A stretch of 64,000 nt of DNA from Felis catus (Eukaryota), in NCBI RefSeq assembly GCF_018350175.1, contig NC_058369.1:806001-870000 (forward strand), in the 5' to 3' direction. Shown here piece by piece: positions 13,831 to 24,700 of the stretch. Both the position numbers and the translations under genes were made by a program. The notes beneath the pieces were generated by a model that worked only from the letters and a program-made list of their open reading frames with translations, was not told the origin of the DNA and made no database searches. Within the stretch, counting starts at the first letter, position 1. Each line of letters begins with the position of its first letter.

Positions 13831-15821
13831 GCTTTTAAGGCACTAGGCCTCCCCGGGGGAGCAAAGTGCACACGCAGACCGTTGTCTGAGGACGGGAGAA
13901 TCCCTGGTGCAGATGGTGGTGGGTGCCAACCAGGGCTCAGGCTCATGCACCCAGTGATGGGCAGACTTCAGGCCAAAGGGCTTGCCATCTGTTCTTGTAG
14001 GTAAACCTTTGTTGGCGTTCACTCCACTGGCCCGTGCAGCCGAAGTTGGGCCTTAATAACAGATTTTGTCCTACAAAAACCAGCAGGACCCTCCCCGACA
14101 GCAATACTGCCGTCACCCCCTTTGGGGCTTTGGAACCCTCACTGGAAGCTTCCAGCGCTGCCACCATGGGCCTGGGTGGGCGCAGGGAGGGAAGGATCAG
14201 CGATTACTGTTTTCCTTAATTGCAGTTTGAATTTCTATCAACCACTTACGTGTAATTGGGGGGCAATGCGTATTAGTGTTACAAGTGAAAGCGATTGTGT
14301 CCCACTCAGACCGAGGTGCACACCCCAACCGTCAAGTGACACTCCAGGCCAGGATGCACTCTCCAGAGCCCAGGCTGTGGGGTAGGGGCCTTAGTCATCC
14401 GGGCTGTCTCACTACCGGGCCCCTCTAATGGCCCGAGGTTCAGGCTCTGCCTTCAGACCCCCAGTCACATCGTCCAGTCCACTGGGTTGCAGCCCACATT
14501 CGCACCCACCTGCCATCCCCAGAACCTCAGTCACACAGGCAGCCCCCACCCTGGTGCTGGGCTCCCCTCTCCCTCCCCCCCCCCCAAGCCAACTGGGCCA
14601 GCTGCCTTCAGAGCCTGTCCCAGATCTGGCCAGGTCGCTATTTCTCACCTGTTGGTCAATTTGAAACAAGCAGGTATTCACCCCCTGACTTCCCCAGGCT
14701 CCAGAAGGCACCCCGAGTCCTGACTTGTTCTCACGTCCAGTCTTTCCTGCCGGACACCTACCCACTGGTTCATGGCACCTGCTTGCAGAGGCCAAGGCAG
14801 CGCCCCCTTTCCCTCGCTGCTTGTCCTTTGCTGTTCCAGGACTTAGCACAGTTCCTGAAAACGACCCTCCGCGACCCCTGCCCCCATCCCTCCCGGACTA
14901 ACACAGTCCCCTCCTCCCTGGTCTCCCACTGCCACCAAAGGGCGCCGGTGAGCACCGCGTCCGGCGAGTCCCTGCTCTGCCCACCGCCCCCCAAGGCTCG
15001 CAGGGGTCGTCACATGTTCCTGGGACCCTGCACAACCCCCCGCCTCACACACACACACACCACCTCCCTTTGCGCTGGCTGTTACATGTGCCGGGATGCT
15101 GTTACTCGGGTCTATTAAGTGTCCTTCCCAGCAGCCTTCCACGCTCCCACCTCCCTGCTGTTTTCACCGCTCACCGCGGGCCAAGTTACCGTCCTCTTGG
15201 CGGCGGCCATTCCCTCTCCTCCCAGTGTGCTAGTTTCCCACGGGCATTCTGTTGCAACGACTGTTTACTGCACAAGGCCGGCACGCAGTAGGTGCTTAAC
15301 AGAGGCTGCTTGAATGACTTGGACGGATGTCTGTCGACGTGTGGTGTGAGCCAACAAGTCCCATCACTGAGTCCGGCAAACTGGACGCGCACCGCAAATG
15401 TTCGCTGAATGACTAATGGATTGAGCGCGCAGCCGGAGCCTGGCTGCTGCGGGCCCACGATCCAGGCCGGCAGCCGATTGCGGCCACAGGGCGGCGCCTC
15501 CCTCCATCCTTGCGAGATCGCCATTCTCCTCGGGACCCCTCCCCGCTCTCCCTCGTCCCCCCTCCCCCGTCTGCTCACTCAGGTCCCCCTCCTCACACCG
15601 CCCACCCGAGTCCTCAGTCCCACGAGACGCCCTCCCCCCGCTCCTGCGAAGTCCCGCAGACCCGCTCGTCCGCTGCCTCCCGGAGGAGTCCCCGCCCGGC
15701 CCCGCGGTGCGAGCCCTCCCCGTAGTCGCTCCGCGCAGGCGCAGGGAGTCTCGGCCGAGCCTCCCCCCTACCCGAGCAGCTGAGGGCGGGGCGCAGGCTG
15801 GTCCGGGGCGGCCGCGGCTCC

Positions 15822-15875
15822 ATGGGGCTCTTGGGGCTGCTGAGCCTGCTGCACTCAGCCGTCTTCGGGGACCAG
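15822..15875 (+). CDS. APC2: Putative alternative upstream coding first exon of APC2 (MGLLGLLSLLHSAVFGDQ)
   Basis: ATG at 15822 in a CpG island; strong donor CAG|GTAAGG at 15875/6; phase 0 joins in frame to the exon starting 21776 (ALQELK-MTSS...). Confidence 0.6.
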
Positions 15876-15951
15876 GTAAGGCGTGGGGGGCACTCCGACA
15901 CGCGCACGGGGCTGGCCGGGTCTGGGGTCTCGCGCAGTCGCCGCGGAGACC

Positions 15952-15965
15952 GTTGCCAGGGCAAC
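15952..15965. promoter_or_regulatory. RFX X-box
   Basis: GTTGCCAGGGCAAC, one mismatch to the palindromic GTTGCCATGGCAAC. Confidence 0.65.
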
Positions 15966-16455
15966 CGCTTCGGGCTGTGCTCCGGGGGGGAGCCCCTCCC
16001 CCGCGTCGCAGCGGATCCCCCCCACCCTGGGTCTGCGCAAGCGCAGCCTCGGAGAAAGACCACCCCCCCCCGACCCCTCCCCACTGCGCGGACGCAGAGA
16101 GCAGCTGGGGCGGTGGGGACTGCAACGGGGGACCGTCTAGCTGAGGCTCCGTCCCGCACTGGCGGGTAGGGGCTGGGCCACACCCTGCACCTCTTCGGGC
16201 CTCAGTTTCCCTTTCTGGGCTCCCAGCGCAGGGCCGACTCCGACCTTCACCGACGTTGAGGTTCACAATATGCATCCCACCGGGCCTGAGAGCTTTGCCG
16301 GCCTCCGTAATCGTTCTGAACCTCCGGGCTCTCACGTTCCCGATTTAACGGGAAACTGAGACTGGGGGCGCCGCGAGGAGCCCAAGCCTTCGTCTGGGTT
16401 GGAGCCTGAGCGCGGGGCGGAGGCGCCAGCAAAGGACCAGGCCCGGTGGCCGAGG

Positions 16456-16476
16456 GGAGCTGTCCGCGGTGCTGAC
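16456..16476 (-). promoter_or_regulatory. RE1/NRSE (REST binding site)
   Basis: Minus strand GTCAGCACCGCGGACAGCTCC vs consensus TTCAGCACCACGGACAGCGCC; both half sites and the spacing are intact. Confidence 0.8.
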
Positions 16477-18779
16477 AGGACGCTCTCTTGCCCTCTCCCT
16501 GCCCGGGAAACTGAGGCCCCGAAACCCGGCAGGGGATCACCCCGGATCCGGTTTCGGGGGCACGGCGCCACCACTCCCTCACCTCCAGTAGTATTCCCTT
16601 TTCCATCAGGGCTCTGCTCCGTCACCCAGCCCGCGCCCCATCTCTGTGGTCGCATGACAACCTGGTGCCTCTCTGCTTCCCTCTCCCCCAACCCCAGCTC
16701 CGAGTTGGGGGCGGGGGGGGGGGGCACTCATGGTTCTGCCCCGAGCCCCTAGCACAGTGGATGGTCAGTGGAAGAGCGCGGGCCATCAAGTGGGAAGAGA
16801 CACTGAGGTCAGGCTCAGAAGACTCAAAGGCCCTCTGAGTGACCCTGTTGTGCTGGGCCAGATGCTGGCATGGGGCCGGCGGGGGGGGGGGGGGAGGAGG
16901 GGGGGCAGGGGGAAGGGATGGTCTCAGGGTGAGGATGTGGATAAGCGAGCCCCACGATTCAACTCTCCCCTTGAGAGCCCAGCAGCGGTAGGGAGTGCAG
17001 AGGATCCCAGGGAGGGCGCCTGGGGAGGACCCCCCCACCCCCCATTAGGCCTGGGTACTGTGCCTTGAGGGGCTCCTCATTCCCCCAAGACTGGGCTTGG
17101 GGTCCTGGGGTGCCGTGGGGTTTCCCGAGGCTCCGTGGTTCTTGGATTTCCAGTGATGCCTGAGTCTGACTGTGGCTCAAGAATTTAAAAGGTCAGGGAT
17201 ATTCGGGGATGAGGGACAGGGTGTCAGAGATGTGGTGCTCCAGAGGCTTGGGGACAAGGGCATCTTGTCTTGTGGTCTCAGCCTTGTGCCCTCAGCCTTC
17301 TGGTCCCCAGGGGAAGGGGGAAGCCCAAGGCTGGTGAGGCTCACAAGTGAACTGAAGCAGTGTGCTCCCTGGTGTCCTCATACATACGAGGGCAAGGCTG
17401 GCCATTAGACCACTCAGACTGGCTGAGAGGGGTCTGGGGAGCAGCCACACCTGAGACTGGGTGGGGGGATAGGACTTAGTTCTGTGCAGGCAAGGATTCT
17501 CCAACCCACCTCCCAGTCAGCAAAACAGGAAACTGAGGCCAAAGAGAGAGACGGCCAAGGTCACGGTGAAGCTGGGCCCTAGGCTCTGTCCTCTCCCTGC
17601 CCCCATTCCGGCTCTGGCCAGTCTGCTCTGCTCTGCTTGATCAGCTCGGACTGCCCCTGCTCTAAACCCCTGGTAGTGAGCTGGTGCGGCCCCACCAGAA
17701 GCCCAGACCCCCTGACAAGGGACTGGCCGCTCAGCTCCAGGGACGGCACATGTCATTCCTTCAGCCCCGGGGAATACCTTTCCCCTCCTTGCTTTCATAG
17801 CCAACTCTTACTCATCCGGGAGAGGCCAAGCACTGGTGTCCTTTTGCGCAGCCTTCCCAGCTTCCAGAAAGAGCTCCTCTGCCCCCCACACCCCCTTCCC
17901 AGGGCCCACAGGCTGGGGACTGCTGCCTTTGGCTGTGGAGGCTCCAGGACTGCCAGGCCCCCTCTCAGGCCCCCCCTCCCACCCCCCCCCCACCCCCCCG
18001 GGCAGTGCTAACCCAGGGCGGGGCACACAGGACCTCCTGCCGTAGACCCAACAGAACACAACGTGGTGTGTGTGCCCTTGGCTGCCTGCCTTGCACCAGC
18101 CCTTACAAAGGCTGCACCCCCCACCCCACTTAACCGGGGGGGGGGGGAGGGGAACAAGGTTCTCGAGGCAAACATTTGCCACGGCCCCCCTCCCCCGGCC
18201 AGGAAAGACAGAGGCGGGCCCCCTAAACCACGTCTCCTGGCCCAGAGCCTCCTTCCTCCTTGGGGTGTGCATGTGTCGGAGGCAGTAAAGACTGGCCCCA
18301 GCTGCAAAGTTCTGGCTCTGTGGACCCATCGAGGACCTGAGACAGCTGGGACCCCAGGCTTCTCCTTGGCCTTACCTTCTGTGAGGGTGAAATAGTGTAA
18401 TGGGAGACAGAGACACAGAGAGACAGATTGAAAGAGACCGAGCGACATGGGGTGGACAGGGAGTCGCGGCAGACACCCCTGGAAGAGCTCTGTCAGGCGG
18501 GAGACAGAGGCGCCGGGGTCCCCAGCGCCTCTCAGCCTGCCCGCCCATCCCCCACGCCCACCCCTTCATGCTGGCCGTGACCCCGCTGGCAGGGGGTGGG
18601 GAGTGCAGTCTGGATCCCGAGCCCTGCCCCGCCCTCACCCATCCGCACGAGGCTCGGCTGGATCCGTCGGGAGGGGCTGGCCTCCCCCTTGCCCCCCCCC
18701 CCCCCAATTCTGATGTAACATCCGAGACCGCATGCTTTTTTTTACTCTCAAATTCTCCGGATCCAGCCGCCGGAGGTTC

Positions 18780-19170
18780 TTGACCGCTTTACCCCGGAAC
18801 GGGTGGAGGGCACAGGGTCCTCGTCCTCGGGGCGCCCCCCCTCCCCCGCAAGCCCTGCACACGCAGTCCCTGAACCCGCCCGGAGGCCCGACGTCCGGCT
18901 GCCGCCGCTGGTCCCCGCCCCGGGGCCGCCATTGGCTGTTGCCATGGCACCAGTCCGTCTTCCCGCGCCGCAATTGGCCGCCGCGCCCGCATCCCGCATC
19001 CCGCATCCTCCCCCGCGCGCGGTGGTCTCGCCCAGCTCCGGGAGCGGCGGCGCCGCCTGGCCAGGCCGGGACCGGGCTTTGTCCGCCCCAGAGCCCTCTG
19101 CTTGCGCCGCCGAGACCCCGGAGCCCCCGCCCCGCGGCGCCCCCGCCAGCCCGGCCCAGCCCGACATAGA
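18780..19170 (+). promoter_or_regulatory. APC2: APC2 proximal CpG-island promoter and non-coding first exon (donor at 19170/1)
   Basis: GC box, ATTGG 18931-18935, X-box-like GTTGCCATGGCACC 18938-18951, second CAATTGG near 18971; donor AGA|GTAAGC. Confidence 0.6.
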
Positions 19171-21793
19171 GTAAGCGCTTCCCCGGGTGGAGGGCAGGGG
19201 GCGCGTCCTCCGCCTCAGCCGGAGGCGGGGGGTGGGGGGAGGTGGGGGGTCGGGGGTGTCGCCATCCCCTTCTCTCTGCTTCACCTGTCAGCACACGTTT
19301 CGTTTCTCCAGGGTGGAGCCGGAAAGGGAAACTGAGAACCAGGGAGGTTGGGCCCCTGCGTAGCTGCTGCCCGGCCCACGCACACACCCACCCACGGGGT
19401 TCCACACTCGGACCTCCCAGTCTGCAGGCAGGCCTGCTGTGTGCTTGGGGGTTAGTGCTCCTCCTCCTTGGACATCAGGCTCCTTCTCTGTAACGTGGGG
19501 TTTGAAGGAAAGGCCCCTTTGGGCCACATCTGCCGTCTTCCCCTGAAATGTGGCCACTCACGGCTCAACCAGGGGAACTGCCAGCTATTGGTGCTTTCTC
19601 TTCTGCAATGGAGATCTCTCGGGGAGACTCCCAGGAGTCCCCTGACGCAGCCTGGGGATGAAGTCCAGGCAGGAGGGCTTCCTGGAGGAAGCTGCACCTT
19701 GAAGGGTGGCAGGAGTCAGGAAAGGTGCTCCAGGCAGAAAACCGCACGTGCAGAGGCCTGGGGAAGGACACTGCAGTGTGGCTGCTGGGTGTCAGCGAGG
19801 CAGGGTGCATGTGGAGGAATTGGCTCTTGTCTTGAGGGCACTGGGGAGCCATGGGCGGTACTGGCGTGAGGGAGGGATGGAATCCAATCATGTCTTTCAA
19901 AGCTTCCTTTTGGCTTTCCGTCAGAGTGGACTGTGGGAGGCCAGCGAGGCTGCCCTGATGGAAAAGGTGTGGGGGCCTGGGGGAGAGGGGGCCTGGCTGG
20001 GCAAAGCTTGAGGGGCTGGTGGGAGTGTGGAGTTGGGGAGGCCAGGCTGGAATGAGGGGAGTCTGGTGGGTGGCCCTACCGCCAAGCTCAGCGCCATGAG
20101 GATACAACAGTGACCACCAGGCGTCGGGGGAGTGAAGGTGTCCCAGGCTTAACCTGAACATCCAAGACGAGGGAAACCTGGTGTGTGTGTGTGTGGGGGG
20201 GGAATGGGCAGCCCTGGGTGGGGCTCCAGAAGCCGGCCTGGGTTTAGGGAGTGGGAGGGACACTCAACAGGGTCCTACACCACCTAGAGCTTCCCTGAGG
20301 CTGTGCTGGGCGTGGCAGCCGGACCCCAGCAGTCTTGCCACAGCCCCCGGCCTGAGTCCCAGCTGGGAGCTCCCCGCCCCCCCCTCCCCAGCCTCGGGCA
20401 GGGTCGATATTGGGATGGGAGGCAAAGGCCCTCGGCCTTCCCTACCTGACACATTTGCTCCCACTTGACTGTCCTGTCTGCCCTCCCACCGACCCGCAGG
20501 GCCGAGTTCTTCTCAACCCTCAGATGGGCAAAGCGAGGCCCGCAGAGGCCAGAAAGCACTGCCTGGACTTCTGAGTCCTCCCAGTGTCGGGTCCCGGTCG
20601 TGCCTTGCCGGTCACCCGGGCCTGTTTCTTCCTCTGAGCACAGCCCAGTGGCGGTCCCTGAGGCTCGGGACTGTGGCCAGCGAGCCAGATGACGGGTCAG
20701 GCATACAGCAGGTCCTCCCAAAGGGTCAGGATGGCCCAAGCCCATCACCCCAGGCTTATTCCAGGCCCAGCGAGCCCTTGGTGGTCCCAGGGTGGGTGGG
20801 GTGGGGAGGGTTCTGGGGGCAGGAGCAGGGGGCGGACAGTGAGTGACGGGGCACGTGAATGAGTGCTTGTGGCCAGGCTGGGGGGCGGAGAGCAAGTGCC
20901 TCCCTGTGGGCTGGGGAGGGCGGGCTGATCTGGGGAGGGGCTCCGGGGAGGAGGTGGAGGAGACCACGGCCTGCCACTGGTGCGCCTCAGACAAAGGCGG
21001 AGGGAGGGGGCGCGAGCCGATGGGAAGGGAACAAAGAGGGAAGGGGGGTGGGGAGGAGGTGGGACAGCTCCGGGAGGGCCAAGCCCAGAGAGGAGGAGCT
21101 GCCAGCCAGCTGGACCGAGGAGGCTGGGCCGGAGTGAGGACAGCCACACACACAAAGAAGCGGGTGGCAGTGGGAGAGCCCGGGGGCTGGCGCAGGGCTG
21201 CCGGGAGGGGAGCCGGGCCAGGCAGGTGGCTGCTGGGCTCCAGCTGTTGGTGGAGGGGGTGTGGGGGCGGCGGGGGGTGACCGTGGTGGGCTCGGGTCTG
21301 CCGGCCCGGCTGCCCAGCTCCGGGCGCCCCACCATCACCTGGCCCTGGCTCTCTGAGCCGTGTTCTTGGCCTCCACAGCAGTTCTAGCGTCCTGGGCTGG
21401 GCCCGCTGGCGGTCTGCCCACCACACCTCGGGGCAGCTGCGTTGCTGTGGGAGAGGGCCTCGGATGTCCGTGTGTCTGTCTAGCTGCCCGCCCGTGTGTC
21501 TGGGAGCCCGGCAGTGAGGGTGGACATGTACTCGCGTCTGCTGGCCACCTGGGCGTTGGGGCTGCGTGTCTCCACGTCCACCCCGGGGCTCTGCCCCTCT
21601 GCCTCCCACTGGCCCTGCCCGTGCCTGTCCTCCGGGACGCCAGAGTTCTGCCTGCAGCGGTCCACACCTGGCGCTCCCGCTGGGATTCATCCCCAAGATC
21701 AGATGGGAGAGCTGGGGCTTAGATCAGGGCACTCTCCCTAGACCCCTGGGTGAACCCGCTGACCTGTGGCCCCAGGCGCTGCAGGAGCTGAAG

Positions 21794-24700
21794 ATGACGA
21801 GCTCCGTGGCGCCCTACGAGCAGCTGGTGCGGCAGGTGGAGGCCTTGAAGGCCGAGAACAGTCACCTGAGGCAGGAGCTGCGAGACAACTCGAGCCACCT
21901 GTCCAAGCTAGAGACGGAGACGTCCGGCATGAAGGTGAGCGTGGGGCTGGGCAGAGGCCTCGGGCTGCCCTTACAGGGACAGACGCCGCCGGGGTGCTGG
22001 ACCCAGAGACCCACAGGCCAGCCCAGGGCAGCAGGCTCACGCTGCCGGACACCCTCTCCCGCCCCCACCTTAGGAGGTCCTGAAGCACTTACAAGGCAAG
22101 CTGGAGCAGGAGGCCGGAGTGCTGGTGTCCTTGGGGCAGACGGAGGTGCTGGAACAGCTGAAAGGTGAGGGGCCCCCGGGGGGGCAATCCCCAGCTTGCC
22201 CCCAGAGGTTGCTGGGAGGAGGGGCGGGAAGGGGCACTGACCTTGCCTTCTCCCTCCCCGCCCATGCAGCCCTGCAGATGGACATCACCAGCCTGTACAA
22301 CCTCAAGTTCCAGCCCCCAGCCCTAGGTCCTGAGCCCACTGGCCGGACCCCCGAAGGAAGTCCAGTACACGGCTCCGGGCCTTCGAAGGACAGCTTTGGG
22401 GAGCTGAGCCGGGCGACCATCCGGCTGCTGGAGGAACTGGACCGGGAGAGGTGAGATGGCAGGTGGCGGGACCTGGCCGCTGGAAGCTGCCACGTAGCTC
22501 CGCCCCCAGCCGGCTCCGCCCCAGCACCTCTGCCCGCTGATTGGCCCACCGGCACGTGTTCCACCCACCTCCTGAGTCGGCCTTGCCCACGCCCACTCCA
22601 CGTGGCTCCAGTGGCCCTCAGCTGGAGGACGAAGAGGAAGGGGGAGTCCCTGGCACAGGGCAAGGCTCCTGGGAGATGTCCCCCCGGGTCCCCAGCACGC
22701 AGGCTTCGCGAGGCACAGGGCTGTGTCCATTGCCAGGGTCAGGACTGGAGCCAGAAGGGCTCAAGGCAGCCTTTGTGCAGAGAGGGCTGTGGCCCAAGAA
22801 ACCTGGGCCGGGGGCCAGCAGAGGAAAGCAGGGTCTGGGCGCCCAGCTCGGCTCGGCCGGGTTGTGTGGGGTGGGATGCGGCAGTGCAAGAGCGGCTTGG
22901 AGTTGAGGCCATGCTGTGCTGTGGGACCTCAGGCCAGTCTCCTCACCCCTCCCAGCCCCAGGCTTCCGCTCTGTAGTTCTATGTAACAAAATTCTTTAAA
23001 GTCAATAAATTTTTATTTGAAGAAAAAGAAAAAGAAAAAGAAAAAGACCCTGAGCCTGAACGGGGAGCTCTGTAAAACGGGAATGGCAGCATCGCCCCCC
23101 ACAGGGTTAACAGGGAGCCTGTTGCGCCCGGAGCAATCTGAGCCTGACTTGGTCTTTGCAGGCCAGAGGGAGATGAGCAAGCGTGGGAGAGGTGTTAGCA
23201 CAGCCCCCTCGGGGTCTTTCTCTGGGGACCACAACGTATAAAGTTGAATCGATTTTCTGCACCCCACCCCAGTCCCGGGAGCGCCAAGGGCGAGACTTTG
23301 CCACGCCGTTCAACTTGGCACACAGCGCCCAACAAGTGATCACACAAATCAAAATAACGCATGCAGGACGGCTCCCGCCCTGCGAGCCTGCGCCCACCGA
23401 CTGCCCGCCCCCTCCCCAGGTGCTTCCTGTTGAACGAGATCGAGAAGGAGGAGAAGGAGAAGCTCTGGTATTACTCACAGCTGCAGGGCCTGTCCAAGCG
23501 CCTGGACGAGCTCCCGCACGTGGAGACGGTGAGCGCGCGGGGGACGGCGCGGGGGGAAGGGGCTCGGGCCCGGGCGCCCCCTCACCGCGGCCNNNNNNNN
23601 NNNNNNNNNNNNNNNNNNNNNNNNNNNNNNNNNNNNNNNNNNNNNNNNNNNNNNNNNNNNNNNNNNNNNNNNNNNNNNNNNNNNNNNNNNNNNNNNNNNN
23701 NNNNNNNNNNNNNNNNNNNNNNNNNNNNNNNNGGCGGGCGGGGCGGGGCGCTGGAGGCTCTTCCGGGGAAGAGCGCGTCACTGGGCGGAGCGCAGGGACT
23801 GCTGTGGGAGGGGTCTGGATCGGGAGGCGGAGCCAGTGGGGGTAGAGCCCTTTGTGGGTGGGGCCAGAGGGAGCGAAGGGCGGAGCCGGGCTCCGAGGGC
23901 AGGGTCCGAGAACTGTGGGGGTTAGGGGACGGTCAGTGGGCGGAACCGAGTGTGAGCCAGCCCTGGGCCGCGGTCCGTGGGCCGGACGAGATCAGGGAGT
24001 GGGGGGGTCCGGAAGGGTGGGGCGGGATCAAGCAAGAGAGTGGGTGGAGCCAGCGCCTGGGTGGGGCCGGGTTGTGGGCGGAGTCAGATACTGCAGCGAG
24101 GGTGTTTAGGGTGGGCGGGACCATATAGAGGAATGCGGGTGGGGCCAGGGTGGGGCAGAAGCAGAATGCCGATGGGAAGTGGGTGGGGTCATACACGAGT
24201 GGGCGGAGTCAGACCCGGGGGCGGGGTCAGCCCCAGCGCGCCTCTTTCTCTTGGCTCAGATCCGCGCTTCTCGCTTGGAGCAAATCGATCAGGAGCTGCT
24301 GTCCGCACAGGACCGGGTGCAACAGACAGAGCCCCAGGTACTGGGAGGGGTGGCGCCAGGGTCCTGGGGTTGGTGACGGGTCTAGGCAGTGAAGAGACCG
24401 CTAGGGCTCTGCCCGGTCCAGGAATGGGCCTGCAGCCCCCACCCACATCGTCACGGGGGTGTGGCCGGCATTGGCAGCCTGGGCGCTTTGTGGGGTGCTC
24501 CCCAACAGAGCCCCCAGGCCTGGCGTTCTCCGCACAGGCCCTGCTGGCGGTGAAGTCGGTGCCGGTGGACGAGGATCCAGAGACTGAAGTCCCCACACAC
24601 CCGGAGGATGGTGTCCCTCAGCCCGGCAACAGCAAGGTGAGGGGGCGTCCAGGTTTGTGGGGGAGGAGGCCGGTGGGTTGAGGCAAGGGGTGCAGATGGC

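Noticed and set aside
20284-21696. 470-aa minus-strand ORF in APC2 intron 1
   Set aside because: Pro/Arg/Gly low-complexity translation typical of stop-poor GC-rich DNA; no recognisable domain or splice support.
23593-23732. Apparent loss of APC2 exon 6 (and of REEP6 exon 3 at 56082-56237)
   Set aside because: Each N gap is large enough to hold the expected exon; assembly gaps, not deletions.
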